Shown here piece after piece: positions 1-9,695 of a stretch of DNA of 64,000 bases. The stretch comes from Bryobacterales bacterium (GTDB taxonomy: Bacteria; Acidobacteriota; Terriglobia; Bryobacterales; UBA6623), in contig CBDEGU010000010.1 of the NCBI GenBank assembly GCA_965238045.1, positions 237,627 to 301,626 of the forward strand, in the 5' to 3' direction. How positions within the stretch are numbered: position 1 is the stretch's first letter; the number at the start of each line of letters is the position of its first letter. The position numbers were made by a program, and so were the translations under genes. Under the pieces are notes generated by a model. It saw nothing but the letters and a program-made list of their open reading frames with translations, had not been told where the DNA came from and did no database searches.

Positions 1-1007
1 CTACCGGGGAGGCCTTCCCTGTTTCAGAGAACAGCCGTTACGCTACGGTGGCAGCGGATGAAACGCTGGTTTACCTCGACATGTTCGGCTCCTCGGGGCA
101 ACAGCAACTGGTTTGGGTTGACCGTGATGGCAAGAAAGTTGCAGAGATCGGTCAAGCACAGGACGGAATACTTATGGCGGCACTCTCCCCCGATGGCCGC
201 TGGGCGGCGGTGGCGGTGGCGGAGGGCTCCAGTCCGGACGTGTGGGTTTGGGATCTTGCCCGGGGGGTCAGCACACGTTTGAGCACCGCCCCGGAATTCG
301 ACGCTCTCCCGGTGTGGTCGCCCGCGGGCGACGAGGTAGCGTTTGGGTCCCTTCGGGCGGGCAATCTCGATATCTATCTCCGGCGGGCCGACGGCAGCGG
401 GGAGGAGCAGGCGGTGGCGGCTACGTCTGAAAACGAGTGGCCATCCGACTGGTCCAGGGATGGGAAGTATCTTCTCTACGATCAATCCGACCCCGAAACC
501 GGGCGTGATCTCTGGTACCTGGAGCGCGGCGAGGACGGCAGCGGCTGGGAGCCGCACCCGTTCTTGCAAGAACCCTCGTTGCAAGCTGCGCCCAAATTCT
601 CACCCAATGGCCGGTATGTGGCCTACATCTCGGACGAATCAGGGCAGCCAGAAGTCTATGTACAGCCGTTTCCCGAGGGTGGGCGCAAGGTGACGGTGTC
701 GAACAGCGGCGGGAGCCAGGTGCGCTGGAGCCGGGACGGGAAAGAACTCTTCTATGCGGAAGGGGAGAGACTCATGGTGGTGGCGGTTTCGACGGAAGGG
801 GAGTTCTCGGCCGGCTTGCCGACGGAGCTGTTCGAGCATGCGGGACTGCGGACGGTCCTTAACTACCCGAACTACGATGTATCGCTGGATGGGCGAAGGT
901 TCATTTTGCCCGAGCCGGTCGGCTACGACGAAACCGAAGCCCCTCGGGCGACGATACGCGTCGTCGAAAACTGGTTCGCCGAGTTCAAAGACCAGCAAGA
1001 GCAGTAG
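1..1007 (+). CDS. TolB-like PD40/WD40 beta-propeller protein, C-terminal part (5' end outside window)
   Basis: Frame 3 is open from nt 3 with no stop before the GTG listed at 48, so the gene is cut by the window edge. Repeated blades of the type SPDG../SRDGK..L.Y. Stop at 1005-1007. Confidence 0.75.
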   Translation, partial: TGEAFPVSENSRYATVAADETLVYLDMFGSSGQQQLVWVDRDGKKVAEIGQAQDGILMAALSPDGRWAAVAVAEGSSPDVWVWDLARGVSTRLSTAPEFDALPVWSPAGDEVAFGSLRAGNLDIYLRRADGSGEEQAVAATSENEWPSDWSRDGKYLLYDQSDPETGRDLWYLERGEDGSGWEPHPFLQEPSLQAAPKFSPNGRYVAYISDESGQPEVYVQPFPEGGRKVTVSNSGGSQVRWSRDGKELFYAEGERLMVVAVSTEGEFSAGLPTELFEHAGLRTVLNYPNYDVSLDGRRFILPEPVGYDETEAPRATIRVVENWFAEFKDQQEQ

Positions 1008-1198
1008 CCGCCCTCACCACAACCGAAGCCACAAGAACCAAAGAAGCAGGCACTCCGGCTTCACCAAGCGTCCCGCTGGGAGATATCCCCGCCGAATTGC
1101 TGTGCGCCGGTTGGAATTGCTAGAATCTCGTTCCTATAGCATTTTCACTGATGACATAGCCCGTATCCGAAGATGCCGCAGCAGAGATGGGATGAGAA

Positions 1199-1336
1199 GG
1201 CCGCCTCAATGCTGCATGCAAGGGCGGCATTTGCGCAGTCGATCGGAGAAGTCCGCGAGGGCGCCCAGGCCTGGCGGGAAGACTGGCGCCACGACGGCGG
1301 TTTCTGGGAGAAGGTGCGAGAGAAGTTTCTTCTCGA
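1199..1336 (+). repeat. 138-bp duplicated 5' fragment of the aminotransferase gene (second copy 2441..2578)
   Basis: Manual alignment of 1199..1336 with 2441..2578 shows 2 mismatches by my count. The translated copy (..SMLHARAAFAQSIGEVREG.QAWREDWRHDGGFWEKVREKFLLE) diverges after LLE and lacks the Tat signal, so it is a gene fragment. Confidence 0.85.
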
Positions 1337-1404
1337 AAGTCGTAGCCTGCCCCCGAGTTTCCTGTCCCCGACTTTCCCCAATCGGAAACTCCAGTTAGAA
1401 TCTC

Positions 1405-2196
1405 TCAGGACGGCGGGCAAGGCGGCCGGATAAGCGCAGCGGCGTTCAGACGGTTGCCTGATTCTTCCAAGATTAACCGCTCCACCCGGCTCCAGACTTC
1501 GGGATCATAACTGATGTAAGTGTGTGCGACCCGCATCAGCTTCTTGAACCAGTTGATATGCGATATGTCGATTTTGCGTTTGCTATAGTCCACCCGGCAG
1601 TCGACTACGATCATGGTTCGCTCGGGGTCCTCCGCGCGGATGGGACCCTCTCCTCGAATCACGATGCCGTTCTTCTGGTAGAAATTCGCGGTCCGGCGCA
1701 CATTGGGCGGGATCACGCCGTCGGCCCAGCCCACGCTGTCAATCTGAATCGTCAACAGCACCGGGATGTTCAGGTTGTGCAGGTCTCGCGCAAGCTTGAC
1801 CGTGGCCGCGCCCCCGAAGCTCAGACCATAGACCACGATGCGCGCGGAAGCCCCTTCCTGGGAGTCAACGACTCCGTTTCGATCCCGGTCGAAAGCACGA
1901 TGGATCAATTCCACGGCCAGGGGGCGTCTGTCGTTTTCGAGAGTTTCCACGTGCAAGCCGCGAACCCGCAGCGAACGCAGCCTGAGAGCGAGTTTGCGAG
2001 GAGATCGTTCCTCGTTATCCCACGACTCTCGGCCTCCCAGGAATCCGATCACCAAGGTTTCGCCCAGGCCGATCGGGGTCTTCGTGAGGAAGTCTTCCCA
2101 GGTCTGGCCCTCAGCAGGCGGCAAAGAGAAACTGACAAGGAGAAGCGCCGCGGGCACACGGAAGGCTTCAAGCAGCCTCGTCACATAGCACAGCAT
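1405..2196 (-). CDS. secreted alpha/beta-hydrolase-like protein (hypothetical)
   Basis: 263-aa ORF with ATG at 2196. N-terminal hydrophobic signal-like segment (PAALLLVSFSLPPAEG). VVYGLSFGG fits a GxSxG nucleophile elbow. No firmer family call is possible. Confidence 0.6.
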   Translation of the reverse strand: MLCYVTRLLEAFRVPAALLLVSFSLPPAEGQTWEDFLTKTPIGLGETLVIGFLGGRESWDNEERSPRKLALRLRSLRVRGLHVETLENDRRPLAVELIHRAFDRDRNGVVDSQEGASARIVVYGLSFGGAATVKLARDLHNLNIPVLLTIQIDSVGWADGVIPPNVRRTANFYQKNGIVIRGEGPIRAEDPERTMIVVDCRVDYSKRKIDISHINWFKKLMRVAHTYISYDPEVWSRVERLILEESGNRLNAAALIRPPCPPS

Positions 2197-2369
2197 AGCG
2201 TCTCACGCGGGTGGCACGGCCACAGACCTGACGCTGGTGGGTGAGCCATACTCCGGCCCACTTGAGGAAGGAGCCAGCTTCGGAAATACACCAAGGGAGT
2301 GCGGGCGGGCCGCGCCGCAATCCCTTTCTGGGAAAATAAAGTGAGAATGAATAATCCAGGAGAAGACAG

Positions 2370-3689
2370 ATGACAAATACTCCAAGGCCGCAATGGTCGC
2401 GGCGTGGCTTCTTTCAGAGCTTCGTGGGTGGACCGGCCGCGGCCGCCTCCATGCTGCATGCAAGGGCGGCATTTGCGCAGTCGATCGGAGAAGTCCGCGA
2501 GGGCACCCAGGCCTGGCGGGAAGACTGGCGCCACGACGGCGGTTTCTGGGAGAAGGTGCGAGAGAAGTTTCTTCTCGAGAAGGGCTTCACGTACATGAAC
2601 AACGGCACGCTGGGCCCGACACCCAGACCGGTCTACGAAGCGATGGTGGAATACTGGCGGCTGATGGCTGTCAATCCCCATGAAAACAGCGCAATCTTCC
2701 AGAACGGGGTGGAGCAGACCCGCGCCAAGGCGGCCGACTTCCTCGGCGCCACGGTGGATGAGATCTCCATCACCCGCAACACGACCGAGGGAAACACGAT
2801 CCTGTGCCAGGGCCTGGACCTGAAACAAGGGGACGAAATTCTCATCACCGCCTACGAACATTCGAGCAACCGCGAGACTTGGAGGCGGCAGAGCAAACGC
2901 TACGGACTCGTCGTCAAACAGGTGAAGTTTCCTATACCGCCGGATGACCCTGCTGTGATTCTCAATGCTTTCGAGGATGCGATCACTCCGCGGACACGGG
3001 TGATGCATTTCGCGAATCCGCTAGGGAGCACAGGTTGCTTTCTTCCGGTCAAAGAACTCGCGGTCCTGGCGCATAGCAAGAATATCCTCTGCTTTGTCGA
3101 TGGCGCCCATTGCACGGGCCATGTGATCTTCAGCCTGCAAGATTGGGGTGTTGACGGCTTCGCCTGCAACGCGCACAAATGGCTGACCGGACCGGCGGGG
3201 TCGGGGCTGCTGTTCGTCAAACAGGAGGTGCAAGAGAGAATTTGGCCGAACATCAGCATCCTTCCCTGGGACAGGCCGCCCAAGGGCGCCCGCAAGTACA
3301 ACCTCAGCGTAGGACGACGCCCTTGGCCCGTGGTGGCGGCACTGGAAGACACGCTGGACTTCCAAAATGCCGTCGGACGCGAGCGCATCGAGCAGAGAAC
3401 CCGCGGTTTAGGGACCTACCTGAGGCGCAAGGCGGCCGAAATCCCCGGGGTGCGGATTTACACGCCCACGGCCCCCGCCATGTCGGCTGGCATCACGAGC
3501 ATCGGAATCGAGAAGGTTTCTGGGCGCAGACTGAAAGAATACCTGCGACAAAGATACGACATCTATGTACCGGGAGGCAGCCGCAGTCCGGGTGGCCGTG
3601 TTCGCATCTCGACGCACTACTACAACACCTTCGAGCAGGTGGACCTAGTGCTCAAAGCGCTCAGCGAGTTGTCTTCAGGAGCGGCATAA
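2370..3689 (+). CDS. class V aminotransferase / cysteine-desulfurase-like PLP enzyme with Tat-type signal
   Basis: 439-aa ORF. N-terminus has SRRGFFQSF...AFAQS (twin-arginine motif plus AxA). The body is typical of aminotransferase class V (YMNNGTLGP, NAHKWLTGP with PLP lysine). Confidence 0.85.
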   Translation: MTNTPRPQWSRRGFFQSFVGGPAAAASMLHARAAFAQSIGEVREGTQAWREDWRHDGGFWEKVREKFLLEKGFTYMNNGTLGPTPRPVYEAMVEYWRLMAVNPHENSAIFQNGVEQTRAKAADFLGATVDEISITRNTTEGNTILCQGLDLKQGDEILITAYEHSSNRETWRRQSKRYGLVVKQVKFPIPPDDPAVILNAFEDAITPRTRVMHFANPLGSTGCFLPVKELAVLAHSKNILCFVDGAHCTGHVIFSLQDWGVDGFACNAHKWLTGPAGSGLLFVKQEVQERIWPNISILPWDRPPKGARKYNLSVGRRPWPVVAALEDTLDFQNAVGRERIEQRTRGLGTYLRRKAAEIPGVRIYTPTAPAMSAGITSIGIEKVSGRRLKEYLRQRYDIYVPGGSRSPGGRVRISTHYYNTFEQVDLVLKALSELSSGAA

Positions 3690-3821
3690 ACTTGGAGAGG
3701 GACGCCAGAGAGGCCGTCAACAGAAAAAGTCGCCGCGTCTTCTGATGGGCTCGAATAGTTCGCATGCGTTATCAAACGCGGATCGCGGCCCCATTCCGTT
3801 CCCCCCATTCAGCGCCTCCAT

Positions 3822-4601
3822 TCAGTGCCGTCGTTGTTTCCGTTCCGCGTGCTCCACAACGGCCTGAACCAAATGAGGCGGAATGAACGTGATGCCCATG
3901 CGGTCGCCGAGAACGATGTCGCCCGGCATGACCGTCACGCCGCCGATGCGAGTCGGAGTATTGAGTCCGGTCAGGATGGCGTTGCCCCGCACGCCAGGGT
4001 GATAGCCCCGGCTGAAAACAATCGTGTTCATGGGATAGACGCCATCGAGATCTCGAAATGATCCATCGACAATAAACCCGTTGCCGGTCGCCAAGAACAT
4101 GCTGAAGATCAAGTTGTCGCCGCCGAAGGTGCCTTCCTCGATTCTCCCCATCACGTCCACAACCGGCACGTCGCCGGGACCGAACATCTCCATGACACGC
4201 TGGGTCACCGGCGTGGGAATCTCTTCCTCGTTGCGCGCCGCTTCCACGTCGCCTAGAATCAATTTTTCCAAATCAGGCCGCGAGGGCATGAACTGCACGG
4301 TGAACGCCCGGCCGATCAGCTTCTGCTCGGGATGCACAATGGCCCAACCGTCCTCCCACTGATTGGGGTATCCCGCCCGGCGCAACAGCTCGGCCGCCGA
4401 TGTCGACGAGGCGGCCTCGAGACGTTTCAGCCAATAGCCGGGCACGTGCGGCCGTCCGTCGACCGAGCGGCTGTAGGGATTCAGATGGGTGTACTTGATG
4501 AGCTGTTCTCTCGAAAACCCGTCAAATTGCGCCGACAAAGGCGCGACGGCGAGAGCCGCGAGCATGAGAAGCAGAGGCGGTCTGTAGGACATGGCTGGCA
4601 T
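3822..4601 (-). CDS. RraA-family (RraA / HMG-CHA aldolase-like) protein with Sec-type signal peptide
   Basis: 259 aa. Signal LLLMLAALAVAPLSAQ. RraA-like core (GDVPVVD...GTFGGDNL...GNGFIVDGSFRD...V.PGDIVLGD..G). Paralog of 4633..5511. Confidence 0.8.
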   Translation of the reverse strand: MPAMSYRPPLLLMLAALAVAPLSAQFDGFSREQLIKYTHLNPYSRSVDGRPHVPGYWLKRLEAASSTSAAELLRRAGYPNQWEDGWAIVHPEQKLIGRAFTVQFMPSRPDLEKLILGDVEAARNEEEIPTPVTQRVMEMFGPGDVPVVDVMGRIEEGTFGGDNLIFSMFLATGNGFIVDGSFRDLDGVYPMNTIVFSRGYHPGVRGNAILTGLNTPTRIGGVTVMPGDIVLGDRMGITFIPPHLVQAVVEHAERKQRRH

Positions 4602-4632
4602 CGCCGGTCGGAGTTCGGAGGCCGGGACGGGC

Positions 4633-5511
4633 CTATTCGATTCCCAACTCCTTTTTCTTCTTCGCCAGCCATGCCTCGTACTCTGCCTTGAGTTTCGGAT
4701 CTTTCGGCCTCGGGTAAAGCTCGCTCGACTTGTACCTGCCGGTGGCGAACTTGCCCTTGGTCCAGATGTCGTGCAGCTCGGTAATCTTGGCGCTCTTGTA
4801 GACCGACTCCACCAACTCCGGCGGCACGAAGGTCAGACCTTCACGGTCGCCGATCACCAGATCTCCCGGCATCACGGTGGTATTGCCGACCCGAATCGGC
4901 ACGTTCACGCCGGTAAGCATCACATTACCCAGCGCCGAGACATGGAAACCGCGAACGTAGACCGGAATGTTCTGCGGATGGATGCCGTCGAGGTCGCGCA
5001 CTCCGCCGTCGATCACGAAACCATTGCCCGTCGCCGAGTGAATCGACGCCGCGAGGTTGTCTCCGGCGAACGTGCCCTGGTCGATTTTCCCAAACAGATC
5101 GACAATCAGAACATCGCCGGGCCGCAGCAGGTTGATCACCCGCTGGTTATGGCTCACCTTCGTCTCGCCGCGGTTGTTGTCGCCTTCGATGACATCGCTC
5201 AGGTCCGAACGCAGGGGCATGAACTGCGCCGTGAACACTCGTCCGATGAGCTTCTTTTCCGGATGAACAATCTGCCAGCCGCCGGACCATTGGTTGTGAT
5301 AGCCCGCGCCCCGCATCGGCCCCCAGACCATTTCCGACGAAGCCGCCCGCAGGCCATCAATGTATTTCTGAGGCACCTTCGGACGCCCGTCGTCGAAACG
5401 GCCAAACGGATTGTTCGCCGTGTACTTGATGAGCTGCTGCTTGCCGAAACCATCAAGCTGCGCCCAGGCTGGAGCGGCGAAAATCAGTAGCATCAGACCA
5501 AATCGTTTCAT
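4633..5511 (-). CDS. RraA-family protein with Sec-type signal peptide (tandem paralog)
   Basis: The track ORF runs 4633..5679, but the sensible start is the internal ATG at 5511 (MKRFGLMLLIFAAPAWAQ signal), which aligns with the N-terminus of the 3822..4601 paralog (QLDGFGKQQLIKY vs QFDGFSREQLIKY). Confidence 0.8.
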   Translation of the reverse strand: MKRFGLMLLIFAAPAWAQLDGFGKQQLIKYTANNPFGRFDDGRPKVPQKYIDGLRAASSEMVWGPMRGAGYHNQWSGGWQIVHPEKKLIGRVFTAQFMPLRSDLSDVIEGDNNRGETKVSHNQRVINLLRPGDVLIVDLFGKIDQGTFAGDNLAASIHSATGNGFVIDGGVRDLDGIHPQNIPVYVRGFHVSALGNVMLTGVNVPIRVGNTTVMPGDLVIGDREGLTFVPPELVESVYKSAKITELHDIWTKGKFATGRYKSSELYPRPKDPKLKAEYEAWLAKKKKELGIE

Positions 5512-5660
5512 GCCGAAGAATGTAGCACAGTGACAACAGCACGCGGGGGGGCGGCAGGCGGCGCGCGGGTCTTGGTCACAGTCCGGGAAGCGATCTGCTG
5601 AATCCGGTATAATGCCCTCGGGAAAAAGCCGCAAGAAAACCGAAAGAAAAAGAGGTCGGA

Positions 5661-6653
5661 ATGACAAGCAGCTGGACACGCCGCGAGATTCTCACCGCAA
5701 TCGCTTCCCCGATGGTTCTCGAGGCCCTGCCGCCGCGCGCGGTTGCGGGCAAGACCATGCGGGGAGCGTTCATCATCACCGCAACGCCTTATACCGAGGC
5801 GAAGAAAGTTGACTTCGAGGACCTGGCGGGCGAGGTGGATTTTCTCGATCGCTGCGGCGTGCAGGGCATGGTCTGGCCTCAGTTCGCCAGCGAGTACCCC
5901 TACCTCACCAAGGACGAGCGGTTCGAGGGCATGGAAGTGCTCGCCAAAGCGGCCAAGGGGAAGAAGCTCGCGCTCGTGCTCGGCGTCCAGGCCGCCAACA
6001 CCAGCGAGATGCTCGCGTTCGCGCGGCACGCCGAAAAAGTCGAACCCGACGCCGTCATCGCCATGCCTCCCAAAGAGGCCGCTTCGCTCGACGACTTCCG
6101 CGATTACTACCGCGCCCTGTGCAAGCTCGCCAAGCGGCCCGTATTCATCCAGACGACCGGAGGCGCCAAAGGCATCGAACCCACCGTGGAGTTCATTGTC
6201 GAACTGGCCAGGGAGTTTCCCAATTTCGGCTACATCAAGGAAGAGTACAAACCCAGCCTCCCCCGCATGCTCACGCTGGCCAAACACCGTCCCGGCCCCA
6301 TCAAGAGTATTTTTGGAGGAGCCGCCGGCCGTGCCTGGCCCTACGAGATGCGCTACGGACTCGACGGCACGATGCCCGGCGCCATGTACGCCGATGTCTA
6401 CGCCACCCTCTGGGAGCTGCACCTGAGGGGCGAGCGCGACCAGCTTCGCGAAGTCTTCAGCAAGCTCATGCTGATGATCAACCTTGACGCGCACATTCCC
6501 GGCGTCCGCAACTATGTCTTCAAGCGGCGGGGCATTTTCAAAACCAGCATCTCGCGAAAAGCCGACTATACCTGGTCCAGAGAGGCCGTCGAGGAGATCG
6601 AACACAACCTCGCCGGACTGGCTCCCTATCTGAAAATCAAGCTGCCCTCCTAA
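5661..6653 (+). CDS. dihydrodipicolinate synthase (DapA/NAL) family class I aldolase-like protein with Tat-like N-terminus
   Basis: 330 aa. N-terminus TRREILTAIASP. DHDPS-family layout with the candidate Schiff-base lysine in FGYIKEE. Confidence 0.8.
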   Translation: MTSSWTRREILTAIASPMVLEALPPRAVAGKTMRGAFIITATPYTEAKKVDFEDLAGEVDFLDRCGVQGMVWPQFASEYPYLTKDERFEGMEVLAKAAKGKKLALVLGVQAANTSEMLAFARHAEKVEPDAVIAMPPKEAASLDDFRDYYRALCKLAKRPVFIQTTGGAKGIEPTVEFIVELAREFPNFGYIKEEYKPSLPRMLTLAKHRPGPIKSIFGGAAGRAWPYEMRYGLDGTMPGAMYADVYATLWELHLRGERDQLREVFSKLMLMINLDAHIPGVRNYVFKRRGIFKTSISRKADYTWSREAVEEIEHNLAGLAPYLKIKLPS

Positions 6654-6709
6654 GCGGCGACGCGAAGCGTTCGATGCCCGTGAACGCCGGTGTCCCGGTT
6701 TCCTCCTTG

Positions 6710-7858
6710 CTACGGGGCGGGTGGGTGATTCCAGCCACAGGCTTTCATCATGATGTGGAAGATCTGGGTGTTCTCGATAAAGCCCTGGACCGCGTCCGAG
6801 CCCGGGCCTTCGGCCATCAGGGGCACCTGTTCGGCCGTGTGGTTTCCGCCGATCTCGATTGAGTCTAGGATTTCCTTTGTGCGGCCTTTGCCGCGGAGCA
6901 TGCGGAGATCGTAGGAGTGATCGGCGGTGACCAGCAGCAGCGTTGGTGTCGCCCTCAAGCGGTCCGCGGTTTCGCGGATGATCTGGTCCATGCGGATCAC
7001 CCCGTCCAGGGTCTTGGCGGGCTCGCGGAAATGATTGTTGGATTCCACCATCAAGAAGAAACCGTTGGGGTTACGGCTCAAGATGTCGATTGCCAGCTTG
7101 ACCGCTGGCAGCAGGTCGAAGTCCGATTGATGCGCTACGTTGAACAGACCGACTACCCGGGAGGCGCTGCTGGGAACCTCGGCCAATTGGGCGGGGTCGT
7201 CCAAATAGACATACCCGGCGTATTTCACCCGGGCGGGCACATCGAGACCGATTTCAGCGGCGCTCTTGAAGAGGCGCTCGCGGCCCGTGCCGATGAGGAC
7301 ATCCACGCCGTCGCCAAACCGGGGCGCAAGGAACTGTTCGAAGGTCCGGCCCCATTCGTCGCGTTCGTTGCTGTGGGCGTAGCAGGCGGCGGGCGTGGCA
7401 TCGGTTGCTCCGCTGTTGGTAACGATGCCAGTCGAGAGGCCTCGCTCTTCGGCGTATTCCAGGATCGTCTTGAGGGTCTGGCCATCCTTGGAGCCTCGCA
7501 CCGCATCGGAAGCCTGTGAGACGACGCCGTTGTGGGTCTTCTCGCCTGTAACGATGGCCGTCATGCCGGCGGCGGAATCGGAAACCCACCTCGAGGCCGA
7601 AGATGTATCGGACAGGGCGAGATGCGGCATCTGGTGCAGGTAGAGGCCCTGCGAGCCGCCGGTAGCGCGCACGCTAGCCGCATGCAGCGAAGCCAGCCCG
7701 GTACCGTCACCGAGGAACAGGACCACGTTTTTGGCGCGAGCGGTTGGTGGTGGCGAGCAGGCGGCCGATAGGGCGCCGGTGACAAGCAGAGCTAATAGTA
7801 AGTTGATGTGCGAAGGCTGGCTGGAAGGCCGATTGGGAGTGGAGATCGTTGGGAGCAT
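6710..7858 (-). CDS. alkaline phosphatase (PhoA family), probable lipoprotein
   Basis: 382 aa. VVLFLGDGTG and TDSAAGMTAIVTGEKT (active-site Ser motif). N-terminal LLVTGALSAAC lipobox-like sequence. Confidence 0.85.
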   Translation of the reverse strand: MLPTISTPNRPSSQPSHINLLLALLVTGALSAACSPPPTARAKNVVLFLGDGTGLASLHAASVRATGGSQGLYLHQMPHLALSDTSSASRWVSDSAAGMTAIVTGEKTHNGVVSQASDAVRGSKDGQTLKTILEYAEERGLSTGIVTNSGATDATPAACYAHSNERDEWGRTFEQFLAPRFGDGVDVLIGTGRERLFKSAAEIGLDVPARVKYAGYVYLDDPAQLAEVPSSASRVVGLFNVAHQSDFDLLPAVKLAIDILSRNPNGFFLMVESNNHFREPAKTLDGVIRMDQIIRETADRLRATPTLLLVTADHSYDLRMLRGKGRTKEILDSIEIGGNHTAEQVPLMAEGPGSDAVQGFIENTQIFHIMMKACGWNHPPAP

Positions 7859-8065
7859 ATGAGGCGGGCACCACGAGAAGCCTAAATTCTACCACGGAAG
7901 CGGGGTTGTTTGACGGGGCTGGATACGCCGTGCTTTTCCAGTCAGCGGTAACGAGTCCTGAGTTTCTTGGCTTCTCCTGAGGGGTCCACTCCACCCGTTG
8001 GCGGGTCCACAGGCGACGACGTTTCGCTGAAGTGAGGGTTCCGTTATTTCCCTGCTACGCCCGCG

Positions 8066-9598
8066 CTAGCTCATTCGCTTTGCTTGCCATCGCCCGGCGC
8101 CGTACTCGCCGAGGCCGACTTTGCCGGACATGAGGTCGCCGGATACCCGTCCGGTGAAGCGGTACCGCAAGGAAGTTCCTTCATAGCGAGCCGAACTGCG
8201 GATGTCGATTTGCGAGCCGCTCACCCGGCCGCTGACCGGTCCGCTGGCAATCCGGCCGATGTGCTCGCCGCTTACCTGGCTCTGCCGCATTGCGAGGAAG
8301 AACTTGTGGCGGGCGGAACCCACTGAGTATTCGATCCGCACGTCCCAGTGACCTGACACGTTGACCGCGGCCGGCGGATCTTCCGGCGGGGGTAGTTTAG
8401 GTCCCGGGGCGTTGCTGAAGATCTCGTAGAGTCTTTCGGCGACAAGGGTCTCATCACCGGCATAGAGCGCCGCCGCCCGGATGCCGAGGGAATGCCCCGC
8501 CCCTCCCGCATGGGCTCTGATGCGCGGCTTTCCGGTCAACAGCAGCTCGTTGACCTCTCCCGAGGTCAGCCCGATCCGCCGCGGGTCCCAATCGATGCTC
8601 ATGCGAACGTAGTTGCCTTCGATCTCGCCTTCGGTAATCCGGCCGGTGACGCCGCTAACTTGCGAGACGCGGTGGATGATGTGGCGGTACCAAGTGCGCC
8701 ACAGCTCGTCCTCTTGGGACCGGTCGGGCTTGCTGGCAAGAGCTTCCACGGCCGCAAGCAGCCCCATGATCTCTTCCTTGCTGACCTTCATGGCGCGAGC
8801 GAAGGTGTGGTGAGGAGCACTGTTGATGAATGCGGCAGCGATGAGGTCCTTTCGCCCCAGCAACAGCCCTGCGGTCTGAGGACCTCTGACGATCTTTCCG
8901 CCGCTGTAGGCCACAAGATCGACGCCGCGGCGCAGGAACGGATTCGGCCGATGCGGGGTGCCGTCGGCTGCGTCCATCAGCACCGGAACCCCGCGTCCGT
9001 GGGCTGCCGCGACGTACTGCTCAAGAGAGAACGGGTTGCCCTTTTCGCCCATGTGGATCAGCCCGGCAGCCATGGCCGTCTTGGGACCGAAAGCCTTTTG
9101 AAGGTCCTCCGCCGTGGTCACTTCAATGATGTGCACCCCCACGGAGCGAATCGCCTGGTCGTAAACGATGCGAGACCAACTCGGGATCACCACCTCATTC
9201 TTGAGGCCTCGCGTGTCGGGCACCTGCTGGATCTTCTCGGGGTCGCCGCCGGCGACGCAGGCGAGAGTGGCGCAGGTAACAGCGCCCGCCGCCCCGGAGC
9301 TGACATGAGCCGCTTCGGCATCGAGCAACTCAGCGATCCGCGGGCCCACTGCCGACATGAGTTCGTCGAGGTTGACGTGATAGTACGCAGCCTGGCGGAT
9401 GGCTTCGATGACTTCCGGCCGTTGCGCCGACCCGCCGTGAATTGTGGTTATCGCCGTGCAGTTGATGTAGGGCTTCGCGCCGAATCTCGTATAGACTTCG
9501 GGCCCGCCACCGCGCAGCGGCAAACCCGTCCGTGGATCGGCAGGCGGATTGGAGGCCGCCGCAAATCCCAAAAGCTCACGGCGCGCGCTTCTCCTCAT
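8066..9598 (-). CDS. SelA-like (L-seryl-tRNA(Sec) selenium transferase / DgaE-type) PLP enzyme with Tat-like signal and extra C-terminal domain
   Basis: 510 aa. N-terminus ARRELLGFAAAS. YSGGKIVRGPQTAGLLLGRKDLI matches the SelA-family PLP-lysine region. The last roughly 110 aa (VSGHWDVRIEY...G.VSG repeats) is an additional domain. Confidence 0.75.
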   Translation of the reverse strand: MRRSARRELLGFAAASNPPADPRTGLPLRGGGPEVYTRFGAKPYINCTAITTIHGGSAQRPEVIEAIRQAAYYHVNLDELMSAVGPRIAELLDAEAAHVSSGAAGAVTCATLACVAGGDPEKIQQVPDTRGLKNEVVIPSWSRIVYDQAIRSVGVHIIEVTTAEDLQKAFGPKTAMAAGLIHMGEKGNPFSLEQYVAAAHGRGVPVLMDAADGTPHRPNPFLRRGVDLVAYSGGKIVRGPQTAGLLLGRKDLIAAAFINSAPHHTFARAMKVSKEEIMGLLAAVEALASKPDRSQEDELWRTWYRHIIHRVSQVSGVTGRITEGEIEGNYVRMSIDWDPRRIGLTSGEVNELLLTGKPRIRAHAGGAGHSLGIRAAALYAGDETLVAERLYEIFSNAPGPKLPPPEDPPAAVNVSGHWDVRIEYSVGSARHKFFLAMRQSQVSGEHIGRIASGPVSGRVSGSQIDIRSSARYEGTSLRYRFTGRVSGDLMSGKVGLGEYGAGRWQAKRMS

Positions 9599-9695
9599 CG
9601 CACATAGGGTATCAGATTCTCGCGGACGGCACGGGGTATTTGGGCGGCACGGGGTATTTCGAGCAGCACGAAGTTCCAGATTCTTTCAGGCCGCT

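Noticed and set aside
24-584. 186-aa minus-strand ORF (and many similar ones: 5508..6605, 12607..13632, 33511..34629, 34574..35641, 36675..37550, 43291..44493, 50866..51996, 59613..60575)
   Set aside because: They lie antisense to, or out of frame within, genes with clear family signatures. They have Arg/Gly/Pro/Ala-rich low-complexity translations typical of shadow ORFs in high-GC DNA, and no recognisable motifs.
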